The notes below the pieces were generated by a model that saw nothing but the letters and a program-made list of their open reading frames with translations, was not told where the DNA came from and searched no databases. A stretch of DNA of 64,000 nt, from assembly GCA_028023455.1 (NCBI GenBank), contig JAQFVV010000009.1:62001-126000 (forward strand), given 5' to 3'. Below, piece by piece: positions 63,800-64,000 of the stretch. The stretch is from Epiperipatus broadwayi (Eukaryota > Animalia > Onychophora). Each line of letters starts with the position of its first letter. The stretch's first letter is position 1. The translations under genes and the position numbers were made by a program.

Positions 63800-64000
63800 T
63801 AAACCAACATTTGAACCTGAAGGAATCCACTCCTGAACATCTGTATTAGAGTCAACATCCAAATTAATAGAGATTCAAGGAACCAAGCAGAACAACACAT
63901 TCGTGATGAGCAACTTTAATAGCCATAGTGATAAATGAAATCCTTTTCATTACCAGTCTGAATCTGTTATTTTTCCTGGGGAATTTCAGTTAATGTGGAT
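63800..64000 (+). mobile_element. Possible LINE APE endonuclease fragment
   Basis: FVMSNFNSHSDK resembles the GDFNSH motif; runs off the window edge. Confidence 0.35.

Noticed and set aside
1-64000. CRISPR arrays, rRNA genes, intact tRNA genes, C/D snoRNAs
   Set aside because: None seen; the window is eukaryotic intron and transposon sequence.

Overview
Very AT-rich animal (probably invertebrate) genomic DNA; the host species cannot be identified from sequence alone. The only host gene I can support is eIF3e (INT6) on the minus strand, seen as three short exons (42535-42652, 34682-34783, 16615-16724) separated by 7.7 kb and 18 kb introns. The flanking exons appear to lie outside the window, so the whole window is probably inside this gene. 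The introns are packed with decayed retroelements: two near-full RTE LINEs tail-to-tail, two Ingi/Vingi-like LINEs, a Gypsy LTR element, several Penelope-like (PLE) families and tRNA-derived SINE pieces. Two things stand out. (1) At least seven minimal type I hammerhead ribozyme motifs in two non-coding repeat families, plus a third hammerhead-like motif with a possible A3-U8 core. They lie in head-to-head palindromes, and three of them are sense to the eIF3e pre-mRNA. (2) An unclassified, CpG-retaining element family with TGT...ACA ends, an ATAT target duplication, an invariant 11-bp subterminal inverted repeat and a 165-bp terminal module seen at three places, with no recognisable transposase or pol. 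All alignments, folds and translations were done by eye, and mobile-element boundaries are approximate.
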